In this document: positions 25,202 through 39,169 of the stretch, one piece after another
Numbering within the stretch: the first letter of the stretch is position 1
Layout: the number at the start of each line of letters is the position of its first letter
Assembly: GCA_013265495.1 (NCBI GenBank)
Contig: MU058337.1
Span: forward strand, 4,630,716-4,694,715
Reading direction: 5' to 3'
Source: Vicugna vicugna
Taxonomy: Eukaryota
DNA: 64,000 bases
Translations under genes and position numbers: made by a program
The notes under the pieces: model-generated
What the model was told of the DNA's origin: nothing
The model's input: only the letters and a program-made list of their open reading frames with translations
The model's database searches: none

Positions 25202-26104
25202 TTGATAGAAGTATGAAAACTTGGTCTGTATAAAAAGACAAGAGAGTTGAAGATTTTTAAGATAATGAAGGCATTTGCCATGAACTGGGAATACAGCTTG
25301 ATCATAAAAATCACTCCTTTTTGCATATTACATTTCAGGTGTTTTAAATTAGTACACACAAAATATGTTACTAAAATTAAGAGATTGAGAATTAAGAATG
25401 TAACTATTTTTTACTCCATTCTTCTTTAGATCACAAAATTCACCTTCCAGCAAATGTGATGGCTACTTTTATCATGTGGTATAAATAAATGCCTTTGGTT
25501 GTTGTCGTGTAGGCCATTCTAAATCTTATGAAAGGCACATCTGAACAGGTGGTGAGTCTTCAGATTTCCTCTGGGTGAAGGCTGTGCACAGAGAAGGAAA
25601 TGACCTGTTGTGGATTAATTCTGTCTCATGCTGCTACGTCTTGTTCTCATGAATTCTATTTCCTATAAACACCATTAGTTGACGGATCAGTGGTTTGCTA
25701 TTATTAACCAGGTTAGGTATATTTTTTAGTGTCCCTGTCCAAAAGTTACTCAGCACGGGTTTGAACCACACCATATGTCCAGTGTTGCTACCTTTTTGTC
25801 AGGATAATGCAGTGCAGCAGAGTTCCGTGTATTTCCCTCAGCTGAAAGGAAAGAAAATCTTTGGCTTTTTCTAAGGACAAACATTGGATTTAGCTCTCAT
25901 GTCACCGTTTTTTGTTTGTTTGTTTGTTTATCTCACAACAGGTCGTAAGATAATGATTTTAACAATGTCAATCGAATCTGCTTAATTTTAAAAATGTTCT
26001 TCTTTGAACTCAGCAGATGTTTTTAAATTAAATCAAAATAGATTTCATACTAGGAGATAAAAATCTTTCTGATGAATTTGCTACCTTGTTTTCAAGTGAG
26101 ATGC

Positions 26105-26370
26105 ACATAGTGCAATGGTTGAGAGTTGGAGGGTGTTAGTGTGACATAACACAAATTCTGGCTGCATCACTCGATATCTGTGTGCCTCTGGGATAGTTAT
26201 TTAACATTTCTGTTTCTCAGTTTTCACATCTGTAAAATGGGGTAATGGCAACGTCTCTGTTTTCTACCGCATAGTTTTGTGTGTGCGTGTGTTTGTGTGT
26301 GAAGTAAATGGGTTAATCCATATGAAGTATTTAGAATAGTACGTTGTGTGCAGTAGCCATCCAGTAAATC
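26105..26370 (+). mobile_element. Near full-length MIR with internal (TG)n expansion
   Basis: ctcagttttcacatctgtaaaatggggtaat core; (TG)-rich tract at ~26278-26301. Confidence 0.8.
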
Positions 26371-26409
26371 TAACCTAGGGTCACGGCTGCCACTGCTGTT
26401 ACTGTGCAC

Positions 26410-27040
26410 TCATTTAGGAGTGTTTACTATGTACCTAGTTTGTGTCAAGCACTGGGTTTACAATGATGAAAAAAATTATAGATCTTATATTCTACTGGAG
26501 GGAGACAAATAATAAATAAGAATCGAAAAGCCCCCCAAATCAACTGAGCAAACAATAAAAAATACATGAATTGACATGGCACAATCTGATTGACAGATGG
26601 GGGATACTTTAGTCTCTGAATCTGTGACACTTAAACCCCAAATTTTAAAATAATAAAAATCAAGCCAAGAAAATGTCAGAGGGATGCCATTGGTGGTGAT
26701 GGTAGAGGTGGAGGAAGGAATGGCTTGGGGGAGCTGGTAAAGGGGAGAGAGTCCAAAAGTTTGGCCCAGGTTAGCACATGGAGAGCAATTAGGTCAGGAT
26801 AAGGAATCTGGATTTTGCTTTCTCTGCAGCCGAAAGCCGTTGTAGAGGACAGACTGATCACATTTATGTTTTAAAATGATTCTGCTCAGTTCTGAGTGGA
26901 AAATAGATTCCTGGGTTGGGGCAAATGAGGAAGCAGGGACTAAGCAGGAGACTCTCGGTGTGGGCCGGGTGAGAAGCGATGGCATCCTGGTCTAAGGAGG
27001 TACGAGTTGAGACGGAAAGAAGATCTGACTGAACTTTTGG
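26410..27040 (-). mobile_element. L2 3' region
   Basis: gagtgtttactatgtacctag...cttatattctactggagggagacaaataataaa...ggattttgctttctctgcagc...tgttttaaaatgattctgct resembles antisense L2. Confidence 0.7.
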
Positions 27041-28243
27041 AATTGCTTTTACGCCATCCCTCTTGGTCACCTGTCAGACAGACATCCAGAAGCACTTAAT
27101 GAAGGCAGTCATAACTCATCACATACTGGACAATCAGACACTCTACTAGTTACTGAGGATTTAAACTTTTAGTCTGGAGGGAAAATGGACACATAACAAT
27201 GAATATGATGCAATGTGGTAATGATTTCAGTGCGTATGAGTAAACGGTACAGGGGCTCACAGGAACTCACAGAAATTCACTGAAGAAATGGTATTTAATT
27301 GCAGCTTCAAATGAGAGGTTGGAGTTTGCCATGTTTAGAAATGGGCAGAGATGCACTCCGGGCAGGGAATGGAGGAGGGGAATTATGAACTGGTGTGACT
27401 GGAATGTAGCAAACGGGCAAGAATGAGAATTAGGAAGAGAAGGAGGCATATGATAGTTTTGTTCTGCAGGAAAGAGAGATTACTGGGAGACTGGCAAATA
27501 TGAGATATTAACAGATTTACAAAGATTCAGAATTTAATCTGAGAAGAAAGTAAATACCAGATACCAAATGAATCAATAATTTTATATGTTAATTTTAATT
27601 CTGATAAGGATTTGCCACATAAACAAAGGCAATTGATCAAATCATTTTCTATAGACAAGATAAAAATAATAATATCTGCAGGGCACGTGGAGTTAATTAA
27701 TTAATATGAATACATAAAATCTGTCCATTATGAATCATGTTGACTACTTTTTGTAAAAGAGTACTCACTCGTTTCTTTTAACATACAGCACAAGTCTGGA
27801 AGTAATACTTCTGTGTATTTATTCAGTAGTAACAACAACAATGTTGGCATTAAATGAAATTTATCCAAGACAAAAAGGTTTTGAAAGAACTTTACAAAAA
27901 ATATATACCCAAACATTAGTTGCTGAAAAATGACAAAGGACTAATACATTTACTACATCATGAATTTAAAACAATAAATAATAAAAATATTAAGACCCAA
28001 ATAAATGATCAAAGATCTTGAGCAGACAATTCAGAAAGAAGGAAAAATAAGTGGCTAGGGCATAGAATGCAATGTAATGTATAACATATATAAGATATGC
28101 ATATATTTTATATATGTCTATATATTTAACTTTTAGTTGAAAGGATGTAAGTTAAATGTAGCTTACATTTTTTATCAAGTAAACTCTTAGAAACAATTGA
28201 CAATATTTATAAAGAATCTTAAAACTGTATGTTCATTTGCTAA

Positions 28244-30322
28244 ATAGGATCCAACAGAACATAAAAAAGATTATACATCATGATCAAGTGGGGTTCATCC
28301 CAGGGACACAAGGATGGTTCAACATACGCAAATCAATCAATGTAATACATCACATCAACAAGAGAAAGGACAAAAACCACATGATAATCTCAATAGATGC
28401 AGAAAAAGCATTTGATAAAATTCAACACCCATTTATGATAAAAACTCTCACCAAAGTGGGTATAGAGGGAACATATCTCAACATCATAAAAGCTATATGT
28501 GACCAACCTACAGCCAGCATAGCACTCAACAGTGAAAAACTCAAAAGCTTCCCACTAAAATCTGGGACAAGACAAGGATGACCACTCTCACCACTCCTAT
28601 TCGACATAGTCTTGGAAGTCCTAGCCACAGCAATCAGGCAAGAGAGAGAAGTAAAAGGGATCCAAATTGGAAAAGAAGACGTCAAAGTGTCACTATATGC
28701 TGACGACATGTTACTATATATAGAAAACCCTAAAAGGTCCATACAAAAACTACTAGAGCTGATAGAAGAATTCAGCAAGGTAGCAGGTTACAAGATTAAC
28801 ATTCAAGAATCAGTTGCATTTCTTTACACTTACGATGAATCAACAGAAAAAGAAAGTAAAGAAACAATCCCCTTTAAAATAGCACCCAAAGTAATAAAAT
28901 ACCTAGTAATAAATCTAATCAAGGAGGTGAAAGACTTACACATGGAAAACTATAAAACACTGATGAAGGAAATTAAAGAAGACTTTAAAAAATGGAAAGA
29001 TATTCCATGCTCCTGGATTGGAAGAATCAATATTGTTAAAATGGTCACACTGCCCAAGGCAATCTGCATATTTAATGCAATCCCTATCAAATTACCCAGG
29101 ACGTATTTCACAGAACTAGAACAAATCATAATAAAATTTACATGGAACCACAAAAGACCTAGAATTGCCAAAGCATTACTGAAGAGAAAGAAAGAGGCTG
29201 GAGGAATAACTCCCAAACTTCAGACAATACTACAGAGCTACAGTCATCAAGACAGCATGCTATTGGTACAAAAACAGACATATGGACCAATGAAACAGAA
29301 TAGAGAGCCCAGAAATGAGCCCACAAATTTAGGTCAACTAATCTTTGACAAAGGAGGCAAGAATATACAATGGAATAAAGACAGTCTCTTCAGCAAATGG
29401 TGTTGGGAAAACTGGACAGCAGCATGTAAATCAATGAAGCTAGAGCACTCCCTTACACCATACACAAAAATCAACTCAAAATGGATCAAAGACTTAAACA
29501 TAAGACAAGATACAATAAACCTCCTAGAGGAAAACATAGGCAAAACATTATCTGACATACATCTCAAAAGTGTTCTCCTAGGGCAGTGTACCCAAGCAAT
29601 AGAAATAAAAGCAAGAATAAGCAAATGGGACCTAATGAAAATTACAAGCTTCTGTGCAGCAAAGGAAACCATAAGTAAAACAAAACGATAACCTACAGAA
29701 TGGGAGAAAGTTTTTGCAAATGAAACTGACAAAGGCTTGATCTCCAGAATATATAAGCAGCTCACACGATTTAATAAGAAAAAAACAAACAACCCAATCC
29801 AAAAATGGGCAGAAGACCTAAACAAGCAATTCTCCAAGGAAGAAATACAAATGATCAATAGGCACATGAAAAAATGCTCAGTATCACTAATTAGCAGAGA
29901 AATGCAAATCAGAACTATGATGAGGTATCAACTCACAACAGTCAGAATGGCCATCATTCAAAAGTTCACAAATGACAAATGCTGGAGAGGCTGTGGAGAA
30001 AAGGAAATGCAGTTTGGTGCAGCCACTGTGGAAAACATTCCTCAAAAGACTGGGAATAGATTTATCATATGACCCAGAAATCCCACTCCTGGGTATATAT
30101 CCAGAAGGAATCCTACTTCAAAATGACACCTGCACCCCAATGTTCATAGCAGCACTATTTACAATAGCCAAGACATGGAAACAACCTAAGTGTCCATCAA
30201 CAGATGACTGGATAAAGACGTGGTGTATTTATACAATGGAATACTATTCAGCCATAAAAACCAGAAACATAACGCCATTTGCAGCAACATGGATGTTCCT
30301 GGAGAATGTCATTCTAAATTAA
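28244..30322 (+). pseudogene. Disrupted L1 ORF2p (reverse transcriptase and C-terminal domain) remnant
   Basis: [50 protein letters not shown] (28696-28707), [44 protein letters not shown]. Stops at 28579-28581 and 29689-29691, plus frameshifts and deletions. Confidence 0.95.
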
Positions 30323-30667
30323 GTAAGCCAGAAAGAGAATGAGATCGCTCATATGCAGAATCTAAAAAAAAAAAAAATACAAAACAAACAGACTCATAGA
30401 CATAGAATACAAACTTGTGGTTGCCAGGGCTATGGGGGTGGGAAGGGACTGAGATTTCAAAATGTAGAATAGATAAACAAGATTGTACTGTGTAGCACAG
30501 GGAAATATATACAGATCTTGTGGCGGCTCACAGCAAAAGAGAATATGACAAGGAATGTATATATGTTCATGTATAACTGAAAAATTGTGCTATACACTGG
30601 ACTTTGATACAAAAATGACTATAACTCAATAAAAAGAAGTAAAAAAAAGAATTAAGACAAAAAAACC
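28244..30667 (+). mobile_element. 5'-truncated LINE-1 (about 2.4 kb), lineage-specific
   Basis: ORF2 RT to C-terminal homology, 3' UTR, AATAAA at 30628-30633 and A-rich tail. TSD ctgtat(g/a)ttcatttgctaa at 28225-28243 and 30668-30686. TT/AAAA endonuclease site at 28219-28224. Confidence 0.97.
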
Positions 30668-30880
30668 CTGTATATTCATTTGCTAAGTTATTCTGTTTCT
30701 GGGACTCTATCCTAAGGAAATGAACCTAACTAGAAAATATTTATGTAGAGTAAGTAGTTTGCAACCATAAAGAACTGAAAACAGCTTAAATTTCCAACTA
30801 TAGGGAAATGTTTTGGGCATCAATGGTAAAGTCACTTCATGTGATATGATAGAGATTTAAAAATATGCAATACTATGAGG

Positions 30881-30922
30881 AAAGCTTTTGATATAGTAAA
30901 AAAAGCTTTTGATACAGTAAAA
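30881..30922. repeat. 21-bp tandem duplication
   Basis: aaagcttttgatatagtaaaa / aaagcttttgatacagtaaaa, one mismatch. Confidence 0.85.
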
Positions 30923-32199
30923 AATCAAAGTAATATTATATTTAAGCTTAAAATATATGAACTATCTTAGGTAGAGAAAGAGAGTAAAATAAAGGACATT
31001 TAGTATGTGGTTGTTTTTAGGTGAAGGGATATGGGTCATTTTTTTTCTTTGAATATCCCATATTCTCTTGAAGTAGCCAATAATTTTATAACATGTTTTA
31101 TTTGAAATTTTATACTTCTCTAGTCAGATGACAGATTAATTCTATTTTAAATTTGTACAAATTTGACATCAGAGTTTTTTTTTTCACTTGATCAGGCACA
31201 GTCCTAGGTGCCAGTGGCCAGACAGTGAAAATCTGGTCCTGGTTCTAGAGAATCTCCCAGACTTAGGTGTGGTCAAGTGCAAATCCCTGTTCGGGCCTCT
31301 AGTGCACAGACATCATTATAACCTCGGGGTTCTAAACACATGCTCTCCATCTATTAAAAAAAAAAAAAAGATTTCCAGTGTGGTCATTTGATTTACCCTA
31401 GAAACTCAGCACCTTCCTACCTATGTCTGAACAGAATTCTCCATCCTATAGTTTAAACTCATTTTTCCTAATACTGTCTTCATGAGAGATGTTGAAAAGT
31501 TGATTACATTCTTCATATAATAACGCACCTAATATGAAAAGTAGAATCACATTCTCTATTGTCTTCTCAAAATGAGCTGCCCACGGTATCCATGTGGAGA
31601 GACATTTTCAGAGCTAATAAAAAGGACTTTGTTTTACACTTGTCGCCTATGGCTGATTCATGCAGTTTGTGATGTATTCATGGAAACTGACTTAACTGCC
31701 CGATTCACATATATCCAGTTGGACTCTACTTAGCACTTCAAGGCTTTTGCTTTTCCTGATGAATTGGTTTTCATTTTTATGTGTATTTGAGCCTGACCTT
31801 TTACTGCCTGTTTCAGATCACATTTTCTGTATGAACCAAACATTAGGCTTGAATTATATTTTCCTCAGTTGAATGTTATTTGAACACTTAATAAGAAGGT
31901 TCTGTCTCTCCAGATTGTTAATTATTAGGTGGTAAGAGTAGAAAATCTAAAGCTTCTTTCTCCGTAAGTGACGTCTCTGTCTTCACTGAACCATCTTGTT
32001 ATTGAAGTGATGAAATTGGTGACTTTATCATTAGGCTTATCATAAGATTAGTCAGATGTAAGTATTTTTGATGTAAATATTTTTCTTTATTTGTCTCTGT
32101 TTGAATAACATAGTGTGTTTTTCCCTATATATTTTAATGACCTAAGGATTAGTGCTAGAAATTTCCAGATGGTGTTGGTAGTCTTTATTTGTTTTTAAT

Positions 32200-34300
32200 C
32201 TAAATGATTTAAGTTATAAAATGAACATGTTCATTATAAAACATTGAAACACGACAGGTCAGAAATGAAGAGTCAGATTTTCCTCCTCCTCCCATCATTT
32301 CTTATTTCCTTCATTAGAACTTCTATTGAGATTTTCACATATAGTTGAATATATAATTTTAGACATCTCCCTATATAAGTAATATTATATGTATATAGTG
32401 TGGTATTACTTATATAACTTTTATATAATATCTACTTACCTTGTTTTTACACAAATGAGATCATTATTCTGCAGTGTTTTCTTTTCACTTAATTATATCA
32501 TGTGAAATCTTCCGTATTTGTCATTTTTAGATCTTATTGTTTTTCAGAGCTTCACATTATTCTTTTGTATGGATTATTATGAATTATTCCACTAACCCTT
32601 AAAGGGCCAGTCAGCAGTGTTGTGTTCCTGCAATGTCCTGGCCTATGCTGGCTGCTAGGAGTGCAGTAACAACCAGCATAGACCAGCTCTCTGTCCTCAG
32701 AGTGCACACAGTTTGTACCCGTTAGGATGGACATTTATATTGCTTTCAGTTTCTCACCATTGCAACATTTTTCTCTTTTAGGAATTGATTTTATTTCATT
32801 TACATTTATTGATTTCATAAGTATATTTGAATGTCTTAGAATGCTGTATTTCATGATTTACTGCTTCCCTTCTGATATATTTTTAGTTAAGTTGACTGTA
32901 TTCTTTTTTGTGCTTTGGGGGGCATTGAAAAATGTCAGCTGAACTAACTGGTTTCTTTTAGTGCTTTTTAAAATATTCTTAGATAATAAATTTGGGTAAT
33001 CATTTCTAGATTATTAACTTTATACAATTTCTGCCTGCCTTGAGAAATGAGACAATTGCTGTGTTTACATTTTCCTTTGCTTCGTACTTTTAATGTTTTA
33101 AATTATTATTTTTACATTATCAAAGATTATAGCATTTGCTTTCTGTTCTGTAACCGTAATTCCTGTATTTATTCAGATCTAGTTTTTCATTTATATTGAT
33201 TCATCGCTAACCCTTCGTACAGCACACATTATGATTTATCATTTGGTTGGATACATATATGTGTGTAATATGTAACTACATATAATATTTATATGTATGC
33301 TGTATAATTTTTTTTAAATCTCACCAGTAGATTTCTTATGTCATTTAATGTTTAAAAATTCATTTCTCTTGTGTATATACTTGACTCAAAATCCTGGCTG
33401 AGTATAAAATTTGAGAGTCATATATTTTTTTCATCTCTCCACTGTGTTGGATGGATGTGGAAAATGAAAATGGATGTGGAAAATGTAAATGGATGTGGAC
33501 ATGTCTAAGGTCTCTCTGAAGTGCTCCTGAATTTGCTTTTCCTCCAATGCAGTCTGCGAAGGACAATGTCAGGTGCTAGAGACATGGATGGAGAATCCTC
33601 TGACTCTTTTATTGCGAAGCTCCCGGACTATGATGTGGTCAAGTTCCAGATCAGTTCTCTGGCTCATGGGCATCATTCTAACCCGGTAGTTCTGAATGGA
33701 AATTTCATCTTTTTCCTTGAGGTCCACTAACTTCACCAGAATATTCAATCTTTATATTTCTGAATAGTCTCTTTGTAAATTAAGCATGACTGTCTAATTT
33801 CAAGTCATTTATTTTAAGAAATATTTCTTTTGTTAAATCTTCTAATTTTTTTTGTTTCCTTCAAAAGTATCAGTTTTCCACATTTGAATGTTTTTTATCT
33901 TCTATGACTTATTTTTTTCTCCGAGTTTATATATTTGTTCTTTTATTTTTGTTTTATGTGATTTGCTTGTCAAGTTTGTCCTTTATTATGTTTCTTACTG
34001 GTTTCAACAGTATATATTCTATTCTTTGCTGTTTCAAATGTAGATTTCATATGTAAAATGGCTGTACTAATGTTTCCAATTTCTTTCCTGTAATCAATCA
34101 GCTCTCTTTTTACGTGTGTTTGATACCTTTGATCCTCTTTTATCTCTTTTATATCTTTCTTAAATTCTTTGACCAGAACCTACATTCTCTAAGAATATCA
34201 TTTGATTTACATCTGCTTACTGGGGCAATTCTTTTCTGAAATGTAGTATTTACGTGATATTTGATAACTCCTCTCTCTCTGCTTATGTTTTATGTTCTCT
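32200..34300 (-). mobile_element. Highly diverged L1M fragments, with a small L2 tail near 32610-32710
   Basis: T-rich region with antisense L1 motifs (ggctgagtataaaatttgagagtca, cttttcacttaattatatcatgtgaaatcttcc). Boundaries uncertain. Confidence 0.45.
33451..33499. repeat. 19-bp minisatellite, about 2.6 copies
   Basis: atggatgtggaaaatgaaa / atggatgtggaaaatgtaa / atggatgtgga. Confidence 0.85.
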
Positions 34301-34884
34301 CTCTCCCTCCCTAATATTTACATTGCATAGGGAGACCTTTTCCAATTTACATATGGAAAAAACCCAAGTCATGGCTTGCAGAGGACCGTAATAGATTTGC
34401 TTTTGGCTTGCCTTGTCTCCAGATGAGCTCCTGTTTTTTCACTAAGTACGGTGGAGAGAAGCTAAAGTTCCTACCAGTGTGTCAGTGCTAGCAGTTGTCC
34501 CACCTGTAAACTTACCTTCCTGTGTGTTTGCTGGAGGAGACGATGAGCCTGCCAGCTCTGTGTCTGAGCACTTGCAAAGCAGAGACGGGGATGGAGTGGA
34601 CTGGAATGGGCTTGGGGAGTTTCTACCAGGAAGGACCAATATTAACTTACAGGAAAAAATAAAGAAATAATGGGTGGTGAGGACTTCATTTTGGAGGGAG
34701 ATTTGGATGGAGGATGTGAATGGGAGAGGAAGAGAGAAAAGGCATTTTAAATTGTGTTTTTGGTTATGAATTGGATTTCTTTCAATGTTTTTGAAAGACA
34801 CAGGTAAATATTAGAACTATTTTTAATTAATTTAGGGTAAGGGGTCATGTTTCCTTGTGATACTAAATGAACAACACGGAACTT

Positions 34885-35320
34885 ATGTGGGAGGCCTTCT
34901 CTTTTCTGTTCCAGTCTCCTCTCAGCTCTTCTCTGTCCTGCCCTGGAGGGCTGATCTTGACCTTTGACCAGTGGGGGCCATTAGGAAGCAACTAGCAGGA
35001 AGTGGGGTTGGAGACTTATTCCTCATACTGACGTCCTGAAGGGTCACTGCAAGCCAGCTGTGTCCCCTGACCAAAGGTCACAGCTTCTGTAAGGAGGGGT
35101 CCTCTGACTCCAGGTTAGAATAAGCACTTGCTGCCTTGCCCCTTTGGCTCAGGTGTGGTAGGAACCCCCTGACCCCCATCTTCAGTTCCAGGGTACTGTT
35201 GCTATCCCTTGTGGTTTCTATCTGCCCTGCCCAGACTCTTGTAAACAATTCCTCTGTAACCTCCTTCTCAAATTACCCAGTTGAAGTCGGTTGTTTTCTG
35301 CTGGAGACCTGAATGATGCC
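34885..35320 (+). mobile_element. ERVL solo LTR (LTR33-like)
   Basis: gctgtgtcccctgaccaaaggtcacagcttctgt...atcccttgtggtttct...ttgtaaacaattcctc...tctcaaattaccca...tttctgctggagacctga resembles the LTR33 family. Confidence 0.65.
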
Positions 35321-35574
35321 ACAAGAGGCCCATGGGACTACTTGGTTTATATAAGTATCTTTATAGTGTCTGGAATTCCCCTAGAACAAACACAGATGGC
35401 CTGATGGCCATCTAGCTGTCAGCTGAAATGGGCAGGATGTTTATTTTTGGCCAACTTTCATGCTCTGAATGGAAGCCTACATAAGACTACTTCACCGAGC
35501 TGGAGAACTGGAGGTGTGCCTCAGTGTCAACAGTAGATGTTAATTTGGGGGAAAGAGAGGAAAGGACGCAAACC

Positions 35575-35780
35575 TTTTTGAGCATCGATTTTGTGTTGAT
35601 ATCAGTGCTCAGTATTTCATTATCCTCTGTAATTCAAGTGAGACTCTCCTAAGAAAGGTATTTTTCCTTCCTTTTATAGATGACTGTCACAGAGGTTAGA
35701 CCGTCTTAAGTTACTTGCCAATGTCTCAGAAATGGTAAATGGCAGAGCTATGATTCAAACTCAGTCTTAATCCTCCAAAG
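35575..35780 (-). mobile_element. MIR SINE
   Basis: ttttatagatga...cacagaggtta...ttacttgccaatgtctcagaaatggtaaatggcagagctatgattcaaactcagtct. Confidence 0.7.
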
Positions 35781-35782
35781 TT

Positions 35783-35966
35783 GGTTCCCCAAACTGGCTG
35801 TACCTCAGAAGTGCATAGGGAGCTCTTCTGAGAACCCAGATTGCCAGGACTACCCAAAGCTGCTGAAGAGAAACCCTCTGGGGTGCAGCTTATGGATATC
35901 TTTTTTATAAGCCCCACCCACCCCCACCTGGGTGATTCTGATCTCAGCCAGATCTGTAAAATCTGA
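35783..35966. mobile_element. MER5B-like hAT MITE
   Basis: gttccccaaactggctgtacctcagaa...cagattgccagg...aagcccc...ggtgattctgatctcagccag. Confidence 0.6.
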
Positions 35967-38900
35967 GCTAAAGCTTCTGATTGGTCCTGCTCTTATATGA
36001 CAATGAACATTTCTGGTTCTTGAACTTGAACTTTTTGCTATTACCTAAACAGAACCATATACGAGAGTAAATAATTTCACTGTGTAAGAGTGTTTATTGT
36101 GATCTTCTCTCTAGGCTGCTTTAAAAAATAATTCTGAATTTTAATTATTTTTTATGAAATAAAAGCAATTTTATGTCCTGAAGCACTGTACTAGAAATAT
36201 TTTTATCTTTACTAATATTTATTGTCTAAAAACAGAATATTATTTCAGGTTTTATGAAAATACACTACATTTAAACTATCAATACTGATAAAGTAAAAAA
36301 TAAGCTGTTAGGTATATGTTTTAATAAAAGGTGGCATAAAATGAGAATATTGACATTTGTTAATCTCATAATCTCTCTCTTTAATCTTCATGCACAACGG
36401 ATGTTGTGAGTGCCTCTCATGTTTTTTGCAGAGTGAAGAAAACATATTATATAAACCCTTTGCTCCTGGGACTGAATTTTTATATTCTTAAGTCATAATA
36501 ACATGTAATTTTTCACTGCCCATGTTCCGTTTTCCTATCTTTAAAATGAAATTCCCCCTTACTTAACATCAAAGGGCTATTTATCAAATCTCCTTTTTTT
36601 TTTTTAAAAAATCACTGATTCCTAAGATGATATGGAACGAAAACATTAAAACGGAGGTAAAAACGAACTATTAGTGTTGAAGTCCTCATAAAAAGTCCAA
36701 CTACCAATGAAAATGTGTTACTTCTGCATGTCAGCTACCTAACATATGACTACCCTCTAGTAGCTGATATATTTTGGCTATAATTGACTATATTGGATCA
36801 TTATTACATGATTTAATAAAAGAAGTCATGAAGTTTCCTTAGAGCTACATTTGCATAAAAATTGTCACACGTAATCAGCTCTGCTAGGAATTTTGGAAGG
36901 ACCATCCAAAATAAACAACTGCCTACTTAGAAATAGTAATACTGAAGGATTCTCGGCAATAGGGGTTGTAGCGCCGTTTTCCTGTATTACAGCTCCTCAC
37001 AGGGACAGAAGGAACATGGAATAAAAAGTCAAACTATTTGAGTTCCACAACTGGCAAGGGAGGTCCAAGCGATAATAGGTGGAAAATAACAATTTTGAAT
37101 TTTGTTTCCATTTGAGATGGTAAATTATTGCTTCTGAAAAGTTTGAGATTGTTTAACCTAAATAATTCATCTTAAGCATTTAATGTTTATTTTTAATGTA
37201 AAAACCTTGAAGTGTTTTTATCTTTAAGCATTTAAAATGTTAAAAACTGTGCAAATATTTCTCGCACTCTCCATGAAGAGCAGTTTCCCCAATTCTGTCA
37301 CACTGGTGATCAGACTCGGCCTTAAAACGTTCAAATCTGTTTGCCCCGTGGAATTTACCCAGGCCTCAGCCATGGCTGATTCTGAGTGAATGCACGGGCT
37401 CCCTGCCTCTAGGCGGCCGAACCCCAGGGGTCTGGAGTGACCACCAGCCCTCCATGACTCCTGGCACCACACGCTCATAGTCATTCATCTCATCTGTGAA
37501 TCGTTTTGGATGGCCACACCAAAGAGGCCGTGGGCAGAGAGACTCCTCCACAGCCCCACCTCCACAGGAACTGTTGGTTACCCTCTGTTTGTAGGACGAT
37601 GATCTTCTCTTTATTTGAAATTCAACAGAAGAGATCATTTGTCTCTAAAGTGTTCTGAAAACCCTTGAAAATTGACTACGGGTAATTTGAATTCTAGGAA
37701 CACACCTTCAGATTTCCTTTTGTGTGTTGTATTAATAGAAAATACTGGACATTCGAAGCTGATAGCCACCCTTGTTAGTAAGGAATGATTTAGTTATTAT
37801 TTCCGAGGTTGCTGTCATCTTCCCCAGTTTGGGGAAAAAAGAGGGTAGTGCGACGGGTTATTTTGGAATATGCAAGACATACGCTGATGAGCTATAATTA
37901 CATAGTAACATCTTGGGAACTGCTATTTGGATGCTGGTTCTAGCTAACTTATTATTCTTTAAAGATGCTACATTCATCGGTTTTCATTTACTTTTTTTTT
38001 CTCATTTCTTTATAACTGGGAGCATAGCTATTGGTTTAAATATCTCAAAGATTTTTCTCGACAACCTGCAGCCAAACTGAATTAAAACTTGTTATCCCAG
38101 CCAAGAAGCTAAGGATAAAGCTCCTTAAATGTTCCCCAGAATCCTCTAATTGCCTCTTACAGAACTTCGGCTTTGTTTTTGGTGCTCACTTGTGCCCTAA
38201 CATGACAGCCCTGGTGGATCTTACCCGGTGCCCTCGGCCCTTTTCCTGAGGGGTGATGCCATTTTCCCCAGATACTGATCTAAAGTAAAATTGCATGAAT
38301 TTTATTTGTAAAACAGTCTGTATTACCCATTTTTCAGATATTTTTGAGTGTCTCCTGTGAACACAGTCTCTGCCCTAAGTGGCTGACAATGTATTGGAGA
38401 GAGACAGGGAAAGAGATGGCTACACCAGTGGGCGTGATGCTTGCACCCAGGAGGGGCTGCTCACTTCCCTTCCGGAGTTGGGAAGGGCTTACCGGGGAAG
38501 CCACCTCTCTGCTGAGACAGGAGGTGAAAGAGGTGCCATTCAGAGAAGGGACTTGGGGCGAGGCAGAGCGCCGTAAGCAGAGGGATCCGCATGTCTGGCC
38601 ACGAGGAAGCGAGGAAGGACAGGCTGCCCTGGGGACACTGCAAGTGGCTGGGTAGAGTTCAGCCTATTTACAGAACAGCTTAGAATATGGAAAGTGCTTT
38701 TCCTCTCAATCCTAGTGCCCATTCTACTTCTTGGTGCTTTTAGTGGCATGAACTAAATATGTGATGGGGGAAACGTTCTTATCTTCAGTATGTTGTGGTG
38801 AATTGGAGAAGAGAAGCAACCGAAGGCTTGTGGAGGGAATGAAAACATAGCAGTGCTGGTGATACTCCCCTTGGAACCATCCAGAAAGTGCAGAGTAGCT

Positions 38901-39169
38901 CAGGACAGCCCAGCGGACTGGCACGTGGCCACCACTGTGCTGCAAGGTATCACCTTGCTCTGCACGTGCTCCGTCTTCATTGGATCCTGAAACAAACTTC
39001 CTCCTTCCCAGAAAGTGAGCTTGGGTTACCATAATCATTGGTGACCGAATGTATTTTGTATTTGAGATAACTTGAGATTCAGTTTTTATTTATGATATAA
39101 ATCACTGAGGATTTGAGTATCATTTGTACATACACAAGGTAATTAGGCTTCAGCTGATGTCTTACAATT

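Larger units (their letters stand above)
27600..31100 (+). mobile_element. Ancient L1M remnant split by the younger L1 at 28244-30667
   Basis: aaagatcttgagcagacaattcagaaagaag (~28010) and ctgggactctatcctaaggaaat...aactgaaaacagcttaaatttccaactataggg (~30700-30810) are collinear old L1 ORF2/3' motifs on either side of the insertion. Confidence 0.55.

Noticed and set aside
28612..29691. Reverse transcriptase as a novel or domesticated RT system
   Set aside because: Ordinary L1 ORF2 remnant: 5'-truncated, with stops, frameshifts, 3' UTR, A-tail and TSD.
28422..29867. Minus-strand ORFs 28422-28778, 28950-29216 and 29334-29867
   Set aside because: Antisense shadows of L1 ORF2, a common source of spurious predicted proteins.
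37398..37420. CTCF-like motif (also near 50025 and 55670)
   Set aside because: Three or more mismatches to the core consensus; not supportable by eye.
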